Assembly (NCBI RefSeq): GCF_018977255.1
Contig: NW_024704743.1
Coordinates: 57,598,001-57,662,000 of the forward strand
Reading direction: 5' to 3'
Length of the DNA stretch: 64,000 bases
From: Callorhinchus milii
Lineage: Eukaryota
The notes under the pieces: model-generated
What the model was told of the DNA's origin: nothing
What the model saw: only the letters and a program-made list of their open reading frames with translations
Database searches by the model: none
Made by a program: the position numbers and the translations under genes
Shown: in pieces, positions 1-10,520 of the stretch
Layout of the letters: every line of letters begins with the position of its first letter
Numbering within the stretch: the stretch's first letter is position 1

Positions 1-139
1 GTTGGTACAAATGGCTGTCAAGCTTGCTTACAAAAACACTCAGTACACGTCTAGTAATTACTGGTGAAGATCTCTGAAATGCTGTGACTTCAGAAGGAGC
101 TATAAAACAACAAAATAACTGTCTCCTTACAAATGGCAC

Positions 140-283
140 AATCGTTTGTGTACAAAACATGTTTGATACATTATAGGTTTACCCACAAAGCACATACAGT
201 GACGCACTTTGCAGTACAAGCCTGTGAAGCGTTTTGAGATGGCTCATTGATGTGACTACGGCCTATGTCGAATGCAAGGATTT
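140..283 (+). mobile_element. Diverged 3' fragment of a Deu/L2-tailed SINE
   Basis: Matches the SINE 3' end seen in cleaner copies (gtgaagcgttttgagat...aatgcaaggatt). Confidence 0.55.
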
Positions 284-705
284 GTATGGTATAAGTAAGT
301 TGTTTTGTCAGTAGAAACTGGAGTTTTAGGAGAAGCTGTGGAACTGAAATGTCAATTGTTTGCTGTTTTTTAGCACACAAAGATAAATGCATGCTGGTGG
401 GTGTTTACCAGCTAAAAGTTGCATGTAACTTTTGCTCTTTAACACACTAATGGCACTGCCAGAAGCACTGAAAGAACATTGATGCAAAGCGAGAGTTTAA
501 TGTGAAAAAAAGATTGAGGCTGCGAATGAGCACTGAACCTAAAGAGGGAATCTCACGAAATTTGCAGATCCAACCACTTTAAATGAGTTCAGATATCCAA
601 AGTTCATGCTCTTAGATGGATCTGGATCTGTGTCTTATTGTTTCTCCCCGGTGGGAATCTTTATTTTCCAATAGGACAAAATATATTAGTGTAAAGATTG
701 TATGG

Positions 706-916
706 GTCATTTTTCCTTTTGGTGTTGCAGTCACATTGCATAGTTGGCTGAATGATATCAAAGTCCCCAGTGAACAAGAGTATTGTGGCATTTGAGGAAA
801 ATGTGAATGGGAGACAGATTGTGAAGAATTCTTTCTGACAGTTGTCACAATGATAAAACCACTGTTGGAAAAACTGCTGCTATTTTGAGTGCAACTTCAC
901 TAATAAAAGTGCATAT
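706..916 (+). pseudogene. Possible highly decayed hAT transposase fragment
   Basis: Frame 1 reads VIFPFGVAVTLHSWLNDIK (similar to the hAT CxxH region) and MIKPLLEKLLLF/ECNFTNKSAY after a frameshift; one in-frame stop, and motif spacing is too short. Confidence 0.25.
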
Positions 917-1139
917 CGGCCACATCACTAGATCTTCATTTCAGAATGTCTGCTTTAACATCAGAAAGTATCAGTGTAAACTAGAAATAATATGCCAAAG
1001 TATTGTAGCAGGTTGCTGGGGTACTGGGTTTACAATAATCGAAAGCTGTCTTAACCAAAACACAAACTTTCATCACTAAACATAACTACAATTGTGTACT
1101 CAGCACAATTTTTGGGGGGGTTATAGGGACATTCACTTC

Positions 1140-1320
1140 ATTGTGACTTGTTGGACAATGTGGTGCGCAAATTGGCTGCTGAATTTTGCCTGCAAAATAC
1201 AGTCACTGCAGGTTACAGTATATCCTTTAAAGTGCTTTGGGGCATCCTCCTAATGTGAAAGGCACTATACCAAATTTTGTTGTTCTTGGTATTATTATAA
1301 TTGGATTATTTAATTATTAT
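1140..1320 (+). mobile_element. Deu-SINE 3' half
   Basis: Deu motif gtgcgcaaattggctgc plus L2-type tail gtgctttggggcatcctcctaatgtgaaaggcactata. Confidence 0.7.
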
Positions 1321-1324
1321 AGCT

Positions 1325-1482
1325 CCTGGAATTAGGTAAGATGGGTACATCCCTCCAGGGAAATATTTCATTTCAGACACAGGGAAGTTTCCATGTATAG
1401 GTGGCATATATTTGTGGAAGTGTCTGGTTTGTAAACTGTTGATCATGGTGATGGTTTCCTCATATGTCAGAACATTGGTTGT
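1325..1482 (+). repeat. Unclassified dispersed repeat, copy A
   Basis: Colinear with 53383-53557: ggaattaggtaa, cctcca, ccatgtataggtgg, catggtgatgg, gtcag. Confidence 0.65.
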
Positions 1483-2935
1483 CTTTTAAAAAATCTGTTG
1501 ATCTCTCTTTTAAAGATTCCACTGATTCTGCCTCTTCTGGGGCAAAAGTAAGTTGTTCCTTTGGAAGGCACATTTAGCACCAGAGACGGTGAAGCATTCT
1601 TACCTAACAAATCAGACTGCTGGCAGAAACTGATGTTTATTTGTTACAACTAAATTCTCTCCTGCTCCAATTAGGACACAGAATAGCTTCCATAGAGACA
1701 AGAGCTATAGGAAAGATGTATAGACATCTGAGATAATCTAAACTCTTTGATGTAATGCTGACACTATGATTGATTTCCAGAATAGTGCAACCTAAGAAGA
1801 AATAGCTTGCTGGCAAGAAGGATGACTCAGGGCAGCCCAGTTTTATACTATCAACAAGCAAGCATTGCTTCCTTTTCTATCAACCAAACCAAATGCTTTC
1901 TTTTTTATATAGGCCGTTACAAAGTAACAAATAACCAGTTTAGACTGCATAGCTCACCAGTGCAAGGAACTGGTAAGCTTCCTGCTGCTTCTCCAGCTAG
2001 GATAACCTTTCCCATCAGAGTAATGCTGTGCAAGGTTATCGAGATTTGAGGAGGAGGAATCCCATCACTCATTGATGTGTCTATTCCTCCAAGTCTCACT
2101 GATGGGCCAGGTGGTCTAGTCGATCAACAACAATGCCCAGGAGAACTGCAGAACTTCCTGGCTCAAGTATTGGATCACCAATTTACTCGATTCTGCTCTT
2201 CCTTCACAAACCATGTTACCGTGGAGCAAGGTTGACCCTGCTTACCTCCTCTCCAAGAAAGATGGTCACGAGTTAATCATCAGAAAGCTAACAAGCTTGA
2301 GCTCTCACTAATTGTATAGCTGGTACTAGGAATTCCTCCCGAGCAATTTGTTTAAGTAAAACAGCTGTGTGCAAAGTATATGAGGGCATAGCCATTATCG
2401 TCCAGATCATAACCAGAGCAGATTCTATCATCGCAATGCAGTGACAGCTTGGTATATATTAGAATGCTCTCTCCCTGTAACAGCCTGGAGACAGGCAGTG
2501 TGATAAGAGAATGTAACAGTCGATCTGGTAGCCTGATATTATTGAGGAAGAAGTCCATATGGATTCTAAAAGTGCTGCTCAAAATTCAAAATGTATAATA
2601 TCTGAGAGGACCATTAAAGTCATTTACCTCCGAAATAAAGACTTGGTTAATTTTGAGATTTTTTTTGTGATAAAAAAACATGTTGAAGGTTTGTCAGAAA
2701 GCATCACAACCTTTTTCACTGCACATTTCTGAACAGCTCCCAGGTTGCCCATAACTATTGTAAATGATTCTGTGGCCAAATTAAATGTGTGGGGCCAAGA
2801 AAGCTTCCAAAAACAAGCGGTGTAACTTTGTGTATTTGGGCAACGTATATCTAATTTCCTTTTAAAACTCATGCATTTTGTTTTAACTATGGGCATGTGT
2901 CTCAGTTTAAGCACTGGGACTGAAATTGCATGATT

Positions 2936-3308
2936 TATTAATAATAACCCTTGCATTTGATATAGCACCATAGCGTATTCGAGACGTCTCAAAGCGCTTC
3001 GCAGAATATGCTGTAAAGTGAATTGACTGTATATTTTGTGGATGAAACATGGTAGCCAATTGCGTACAGCAGTGTCTTACAAACAGTTGTGGATTGAATG
3101 ACCAAATTATTACTTTTATTTTTGAAGAGATTATTACCCCTGGAAAAGCAATCTGCCAATCAACTAACAACCAGGTTCCTACTTACTGCTAGGTAAATAG
3201 AGACGCGTAGAGTAAGGAAACTTTCCCATGTTTCACCCTGCCTGGGAATTGAACCCAGGTCCTCTCGAATGTGAAGCGAGTACTCTAACCATTATGCTTT
3301 AGGACTGC
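2936..3308 (-). mobile_element. Full-length tRNA-derived SINE (SINE2-1_CM-like, long form)
   Basis: Minus-strand tRNA head with B box GGTTCAATTCC, central ttacctagcagtaagtaggaacctgg segment, Deu-like 3' part and (ATT)n tail. Confidence 0.9.
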
Positions 3309-3780
3309 ACAACACAAGATATATTTTCTTTCATTCCTACAGCAGTGTCTTGGTTCTGTGTCTTGATTTTTGTAAGACAGTTTGATGCAGGTAAATGCAG
3401 GTTCTTGCCAGAACTGGAGATTTTGAGTTGCAGATCAGTGCTGTAATGTGCTTTGGAACATTTGTGTGTTATTGACAGCAGAATGTCTAATGCTGGTAAG
3501 AGGTGGGTTTCAGCACTTATTATAAGTTCCGTTTTCCTTTGAAAGTGGGAGGCTGAGTGAAAATAGTGCAGTTATTATGTATTTCACGTAGCTGAGAACC
3601 AATGGACGCGGTGCAAGCTGAAACTGTCAGCTGTAGTTAATAGTTTAGTGAAGTGAGTTGATTGAGGAATCAATTGTTACCTCAGATAAAGGAACGATAG
3701 ATCAAAGGAACATGGGAGCATAGAACATAAAATAAATAGATCATTTGGCCCTTCATGTCCACTCTGCCATTAAATTTAAT

Positions 3781-4105
3781 GCACACATTCGTTATATCGA
3801 GGCTTGACTATGCAAACTCCTTATTTTTCTCTTTGACCGAGCCTTCAGCTCCCCTCTCGACTCTCTTCCCCCTCCTCGCTCCCTTCCTTCCCTCCCCTCA
3901 CCCTGACCATTTCCCCCTCCTTGCTCCCTCCCTTCCCTCACCCTGACCATTTCCCCCTCCTCGCTCCCTCCCTTCCCTCCCCTCACCCTGACCATTTCCC
4001 CCCTGCTCGGGTCATGACCCAACTGTGCAGCGCCTTGGGACGTCCTCCTGACGTGAAAGGCGCTTTATAAATGGAATCTTGTTGTTCTTGTTGTTGTTGT
4101 TGTTG
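3781..4105 (+). mobile_element. Young L2 3' fragment, internally deleted, with triplicated 3'UTR unit
   Basis: SRLDYANSL coding piece joined to a 3'UTR nearly identical to 55873-56053; terminal stem-loop and (TTG)n tail. Confidence 0.9.
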
Positions 4106-4347
4106 TGCCCCCACCCTCTGGAAGTCCATCCCACAGTCCCTCTGCCTCGCCCCCTTCCTTACCTATTTCAAGACCCATCACAAAACCCTCCTCTTCGACC
4201 GTTTTTTTGATCACCCTGCTTCCCCTCCTGCTCTCCAACCTCCCCAATCCCGACCCCCAGCTCGGTCCAAAACTCTGACTGTCCAGCATCTTGGGATGTC
4301 CTCCTGACATGAAAGGTGCTATACAAATGTAATTTTGTTGTTATTGT
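4106..4347 (+). mobile_element. L2 3' fragment
   Basis: APTLWKSIP...FKTHHKTLLF (L2 ORF C-terminus) and tail gggatgtcctcctgacatgaaaggtgctata. Confidence 0.85.
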
Positions 4348-4529
4348 TAATGGGAACTCTTTAATCCCATTCTCCTGCCTTTTCTCTATTGCCCTTAAAA
4401 TCCTTACTTACCAAGTATCTATTTAACTGATTCTATTTTAAGATCACAGGAATGAATAGCTAGCAATTTAAATTTCTGCTTGGGTGCCATCATCAATGGT
4501 TTTATTAATTAAATTCTGTTTTATGTGAA

Positions 4530-4880
4530 TGTAGAGATTCCAGCAGAGAAGGAGATCATTCAGTCCATTGTACCTGTGCTGGGTTACCTCTCAGTGAAGC
4601 CATTTGTTTAATTCCCATTTTCCAGTGCATTCCCCATGCACTTTCATATCTTTCATTTTTAAATGTCATATCTGGCTTGGTTTTAATAGTTTCTTACAGT
4701 ATCATGTTCCATATACCAATAACTCTGTGTGAAAACATTTCTTTCAACCCCCCAACCATGTTAAAACAGTGTGAGACAACAATAAAAAAAGTGAAACAAT
4801 GCTGGGCTATACTGCCAAAACATTTGAGGTCAGATCCCAGACATCATGCTCAAGCTATATAATTCTCTGGTCAGGCTGTA
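4530..4880. mobile_element. Old CR1 remnants (minus ~4530-4750; plus ~4765-4880)
   Basis: CR1 3'-end motif cagcagagaaggagatcattcagtcc on minus; KQC..IKK and IMLKLYNSLVR on plus. Confidence 0.5.
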
Positions 4881-5181
4881 AATAGTGTACTGGCTTTAGA
4901 AAAGAGGAAATTTAACAGTAACTAAAATCTGAGGGAGTATTTGTGTTCAAAGCATTCCCAGGAGAAAAAGGGGGAAGAAAATCACCGTTTAAAATGTTAT
5001 TTTTCCTTTCTGTGTTATACCGTATTTAATGTTGTTCCACCGGCTCGTGCAGTGGGCCTCAGTGGTGTCAGTTATGGGGAGGAGCCAGAGCTGTTCGGTT
5101 AAGTTATGGAGGACTGGGTGCTTTGGACTCCCCTGGGAGCTAATCTCGAGTCAGTGGCTTGACACTGGGAAAGCTCAGTGG

Positions 5182-5287
5182 GCTCTACAGTATATTCTAT
5201 CCTTTGGATAATTATCCTCAATAATTTGAATACAGTATACAGTGCTCTACAGTATATTCTATCCTTTGGATAATTATCCTCAATAAT
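5182..5287. repeat. Perfect 44-bp direct duplication with 18-bp spacer
   Basis: gctctacagtatattctatcctttggataattatcctcaataat at 5182-5225 and 5244-5287. Confidence 0.95.
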
Positions 5288-5804
5288 GCCGCCTGACACA
5301 TAACAGCTCTTTCCTTGATGAAAACACTCTGAATGCTTTAACTCAGACATATCATTGATTGTTAATGAAAGGTACACAGGTCCTTTATGCTCAGGTACTA
5401 TTCATTAGCTGACAATTTAACTTAATTGCCCAACTTAATAATGTTATTTTATTTACTTTTTCACTTTTACTCTCAATGAAATGATGCTTCTACCAACAAC
5501 TATAGCACCAGGAAACAGTTAATAGTCCCTCCCTCCCCCCCAATCTGATTAAATGTCAAGTATTAAAAAAAATTAGGTAATGTGGCAAGATGTCTTGTAA
5601 GCCATCTGCACAAGGTCATGACACCTCTGGCAGTCTGCTGCTCATGAAAGCATTATTTTTTTGCACTGTCATCCTAATGTATTCTTGATAGGTCACTTTC
5701 CATAGCATCTCTATCTCAGGATGTTGCATAAATAGCCAGTCAGCTGCATTTTATTAGTTGCCACAACACAGCAGTTTTTAGGATCCTTAAGACAAATTTC
5801 CAGT

Positions 5805-6172
5805 TTCATGGCTTGATTTCAAGATCCTCATCCTTCTTCACTTTTAAATCCATCCTCTGTCTTGCCTTCTAAAATCCCACTAACCCGCTTGCTTACCTCA
5901 CTCGGCAGGCACTGGCCTATTTCATGTTCCCTCCCCGTCCCACCATCGGCAGTCCAATCCGAAGTCCCTTCGCCTCACTCCTTCCTTTGCCTACTTCAAG
6001 GTCCATCTCAAGACTGTCCTTTTTGACTGCACTTGGTCATCTTCCCATCCCCACCCCCTTGGCTCCTAACTCTCTTGAATCCAACCTCCAGCTTAGGTGC
6101 AAACGTTCAACTCTCCAGTCTTGAGACATCCTCCTAATGTGAAAGGTGCTACCTAAATGCAATTTGTTGTTG
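5805..6172 (+). mobile_element. Diverged L2 3' fragment
   Basis: gatttcaagatcctc (DFKIL), cccaccatcggc, tail gagacatcctcctaatgtgaaaggtgct...ttgttgttg. Confidence 0.8.
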
Positions 6173-6573
6173 AAGCCATTGTCTTAAAATTTAAGACTTT
6201 GCTGTGTTTGGAAACTTCTCAAATTCAGTCTCAATTCAGAAGTTTGTTATCCACAAGCTCTTGAAAAGCTCAACAGTAAACTGGCTTCCAAATTAAGACT
6301 GAATTTTCTGCAAGATTGCTTGATCTTATAATTTAAGAAAGTGTTAACTTTTAGACAACTGTCTGAGATTTCGGGTTTTTATTTTCTTCTCGTTAGTCGC
6401 AACCTCTATATACTGTACCTCACTTAATTAACATAAGTCATTATCTGATTTATAATCAGTTGTCCCTATCCAACTCCCACGATAAGATTGAATTGAAAGT
6501 GTTGAACATTCATTTCTGAGAAATGATCAGATAGCATCTGTTACAAGCCTCCCAGATAATCTGCAGCCTTATT

Positions 6574-8130
6574 CATAGAATCATAGAATTCATACCGCAC
6601 AGAAGGAGGCCATTCGGCCCATTGTGTCTGTGTCGGCGCTTTTAAAAGAGCTATCCGAATTAATCCTACTCCCCGTAGCCCTGCAAGGTTGTCCTCCCCA
6701 AATAATTATCTACTTCTTTTTTAAAAGCTGTTATCGAATCAGCTTCCACCACCCTTTCAGGAAAGGCATTCCAGATCTGAACAACTCGCTGTGTGAAAAG
6801 ATTTCTCCTCACCTCCCCTCTGTTTCTTTTAATAGCTATTTTAAATTGGTGTCCTCGGGATACCGACCCACCCGCCAGTGGAAATAGTTTCTCTTTGTTC
6901 ACCCTATTGGATCTCCCACTAAATTTGAAAACTTCTATTAAGTCTTTTCTCAACCTTCTCTGCTCCAAGGAGAATAATCCTAGCTTCTCTAGCCTCTCCC
7001 GATAACTGCAGTCCCCCATTCCTGGTACAATCCTGCTAAATCTCCTTTGCATCCTCTCCAATGCCTTGACATCTTTCCTAATGTGTGGTGCCCAGAACTG
7101 AACACAGTTCTCTAGCTGAGGCCTAAACAGTATTTTAGAAAGGTTCATCATAACTTCCTGACTTTTGTATTCTATGGCCCTATTTAGAAAATCCAGTATC
7201 CTGTATGCTTTTTTAACAGCTTTATCTTCCTGTCCTGCCACCTTCAAAGATTTACTTATATGAACCCCAAGGTCTCTCTGTTCCTTCATCCCCTTTAAGA
7301 TTATACCATCTAGCCTATACTGCCTCCTCATTCTTCCTCCAAAAATGCATCACCACATTTCTCCACATTAAACTTCATCTGCCATGTGTCTGCTCATTTT
7401 ACCAGGCTGTCTATGTCCTCTTGCAGTCTGCTACTATCCTCCTCACTGTTTACTACTTTTCCTAGCTTAGTATCATCTGCAAACTTGGAAATTGTACTCC
7501 CTATACCCAAGTTCAGGTCATTTATATAGATCAAAAAGAGCAGTGGTCCAAATACCGATCCCTGGAGAACACCATTGCACATTTTCCTCCAATCAGAAAA
7601 ACAACCGTTCACCACAACTCTCTGCTTTCTGTCTCCCAGACAGTTCTGTATCAATGCTGCCACTGTCCCTTTAATACCATAATAATAATAATAATAATAA
7701 TCCTTGCATTTGATATAGCGCTTTTCACGTCGGGAGGACGTCCCAAAGCGCTTCACAGAACACACTGTAAAGTGAATTGACTGTATATTTATGGGCGAAC
7801 GCGGCAGCCAATTGCGCACAGCAATGTCCCACAAACAGTCGTAGATTGAAAATGACCAATTTATTATTGTTTTTGGTTTTTGGAGGGATTATTATTAGGC
7901 TCTGTGTGGAGTAAGGAAACTTGCCCAAGGTTTCACCCTCTGCCTGGAATTGAACTCAGGTCTCTCGCTTGCAAAGCGAGTGCTCTAACCACTGAGCTAC
8001 AGGTCTCCACCATGGGCTTCTATTTTGCTTACAAGTCTCTTATGTGGCACTTTATCAAATGCCTTTTGAAAATCCATATAAACTACATCAACTGCACTAT
8101 CTTCATCCATCCTCTCTTTTACCAAGACCA
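6574..8130 (-). mobile_element. CR1 LINE ORF2 3' part (RT and C-terminus) plus 3'UTR, interrupted by a SINE
   Basis: GVLQGSVFGPLLFLIYINDL, KFADDTKL, RDLGVHI, LFSLEQRRLRKDLIEVFK; tail repeats catagaat at 6574-6590. Confidence 0.95.
7681..8008 (-). mobile_element. Young tRNA-Ala-derived SINE (short form) inserted in CR1
   Basis: A box TAGCTCAGTGG, anticodon arm CTCGC-TTTGCAA-GCGAG, B box GTTCAATTCC, (ATT)n tail; TSD ACCAT at 7676-7680 and 8009-8013. Confidence 0.95.
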
Positions 8131-8134
8131 ACTT

Positions 8135-8233
8135 AATCTGCTCTGCATTTCGCCCCCATCTAATCCCTCCTTTTTCTGGACTACTCCCGACGTGAAAGGC
8201 GCTCTATAAATGTAATTTTGTTGCTGTTGTTGT
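8135..8233 (+). mobile_element. Short L2 tail at the CR1 deletion junction
   Basis: ctcccgacgtgaaaggcgctctataaatgtaattttgttgctgttgttg. Confidence 0.8.
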
Positions 8234-8322
8234 ATTGCATTGCCATTCGTCTCTCCCAGTCCACTATATAACTTTTTTCCCCTCTCTGATGCTACATCCT
8301 GATTCCATTCTCCCGCTCAAAA

Positions 8323-8924
8323 TTAGTTTAAACTTTTCCCCACAGCACGAGTTAACCTCCTTGCGAGGACATTGATACCAGCCCTGTTCAGGTGTAACCC
8401 ATCCACATTGTACAGGTCCCACCTGCCCCAGAAATGGTCCCAATGTTCCAGAAACTTGAAACCCTCCTTTTTGCACCATTTCTCGAGCCATGCATTCATG
8501 TGTTTCATTCTGCTGTTTTGATATTCACCTGCACGAGGCACTCGGAGTAATCCAGAGATCACGACATTTGAGGTCCTACTCTAACTTTTTTCCTAGCTTC
8601 TGTAGGATCTCAGCCTTTTTTTTTCCTACGTAATGGATCCCAACATGGACCACGACTTCTGGATGGTCCCCTTCCCCCTGTAGAATGTGGTTGTGGGGTG
8701 ACCAGCTTCTGAAAGATTCGATCCATGAACTTTTCAGCCTCCTGTATGCTATGTAGAGATACCATCCTCTCCCTGAGCTCAGAAACCCTGAGCTCAAGCT
8801 TGACCATCAGGAGGCACTTTTTAAACACGCGTTTGACAATGGCCTACAAGGCACTCCGGAGTTCCCACATGGCACACATTGTGCATGTAACAGGTCTCAG
8901 CTGCCCTGCCATATTTCCAGACAT
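8323..8924 (-). pseudogene. CR1 ORF1 (Zn-finger/leucine zipper plus SGNH esterase domain), frameshifted
   Basis: MSGNMAGQLRPVTCTMCAMWE, KCLLMVKLELRVSEL, PEVVVHVG, ISGLL, NAWLEKWC, DGLHLNRAG. Confidence 0.9.
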
Positions 8925-10148
8925 GTTTTATATTATTTTAATATAAATATTATATATTTTATAATTATGCATCTCTTTCTACACCAAATTCCTGCACAGA
9001 ATTCCTACTCTGTTCCATCATCAGTCGGGTACGTCGTCACTCAGCTGGGCTCTCTGCTCAAGAGCAGAGAAGTTTATATATTTTTTTAAATTTACAAGGT
9101 TTTAACTTCTGCCTTTCATTTCGTTTTAGTTTATTATTATTCATTAATAGGAAATTGTCGCTTAATAGGAAATTAATTAATTAATAGGAAATTGTGAAAG
9201 CTCTTCACCAACCCAGAGAATATACTCAAAGCATTACTCTAACACACATCAGTTTGTATTACTTACATAGTGCAATCTAATTATGTGCCATTGTACACAG
9301 TTTTATGTATAACATTTTAATTGTGAAGGAAGGATCTATCAAGGTGAGTACAAGTACAAGATGAAAAACACGGGAATACAAAATAAGGCTTGTTATTTAT
9401 AATAATTTTTGCATTTGAAAAGCCTTGCCAAGTCTTTGAAAGGTCTGAATGAGGTTCACAGGATTTTTACTGTAATGTGAAATGATTGTTTATTCGTAGG
9501 TAAATGTTGTCTCAGTGTTACAAAAGCAGACTTTGCACAAAGATCCTGGATAACATGAGAGGTGTCTATGCAGTTGGTAAGCATTTGTTAACTATCTTTG
9601 TTAAGATCTGTGGTTAGCTCAGAATTGCGGTCTTGTCTTTGCCTGCCTACCTTGTAATGTTGCAGACGAGGTGGTAAAGTAATCCTAACTGCAGCAGTTA
9701 TAAAAGGATTAGCAATAACTTTGTGTGACTATGTTACACTACTTTGGGTTCCATTTAGCAGTACATTTAATATTTATCACCTTCAATGTGCTGGAGGTAG
9801 ACCGCTACTCCTCCCCCAACACCATTCTCTGAGAAGACAGGCTTGTGGCATTGGGATTGCAGCCTTCAACTGAAGGTTACTGGAATACTGGCTTTTTACT
9901 GAACAAAAATAACTGTTGTTAGCTGATATCCTGCCAGCTCTTTACTACAAAATAGCCACTAAAATTTACAGTAAATTTTGTGCAGTGCTTTAAGTTGTCT
10001 TCCCTATGTGAAAGACGCTATATCAATTGCAAGATTACTATTATTATTGTAGCTTGCAATCAAAGGTGATTATCCAGGAATGAGCGGTTCATTGGCACAG
10101 CCCCAGTTTTTCAGACGTCACTATTGAGAATAGTGCTCTGGAGCTCAT

Positions 10149-10520
10149 GGAGTCCTATAGCTTAATGGTTAGAGCACTCGCCTCGCAAGTAAGAGTACCT
10201 GGGTTTGATTCCCGGCAGGGTGAAACGATGGGCAAGTTTCCTTCCTCCACACACTTCTGTTTACCTAGCAGTAAGTAAGAACCCAGTTGTGAGTCGATTG
10301 GCAGATCGCTTTTCCGTGGGTAATAATCCCTTCAAAATAAAAAATAATAATAATTCAATCACTCAAATCACCACTGTTTGTGGAACACTGCTATGCAAAT
10401 TGGCTGCCGTATCCCCCTACAAATACAACCATTACACTTCACAAAAAAATCCTGTGAATTACTTTTTGAAATGTCGACAGTACACATAAGGCCCTGTAAC
10501 AAACGCAAATATTATTATTT
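10149..10520 (+). mobile_element. Full-length tRNA-derived SINE (long form)
   Basis: ggagtcctatagcttaatggttagagcactcgc...ggtttgattccc head, central segment present, Deu-like 3' part. Confidence 0.9.

Larger units (their letters stand above)
3705..4440 (-). mobile_element. Old CR1 3' end (3705-3780 and 4350-4440) split by two L2 insertions
   Basis: CR1 tail catagaacata...gatcatttggccc resumes after the L2s as cccattctcctgccttttctc. Confidence 0.55.

Noticed and set aside
4065-4310. ORFs with poly-Cys or poly-Thr N/C-termini
   Set aside because: These translate the (TTG)n L2 tail joined to another L2 fragment
5182-5287. Repeat-spacer-repeat with an internal palindrome, CRISPR-like
   Set aside because: Only two copies, the spacer reuses local sequence, the context is vertebrate and there are no cas genes
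7935-8008. tRNA-Ala(TGC)-like sequence (also at 3235, 10149, 22490, 57165)
   Set aside because: These are SINE heads continuous with the SINE body and tail, without a complete acceptor stem
9144-9193. Three copies of TTAATAGGAAATT
   Set aside because: AT-rich local slippage duplication with no sign of function
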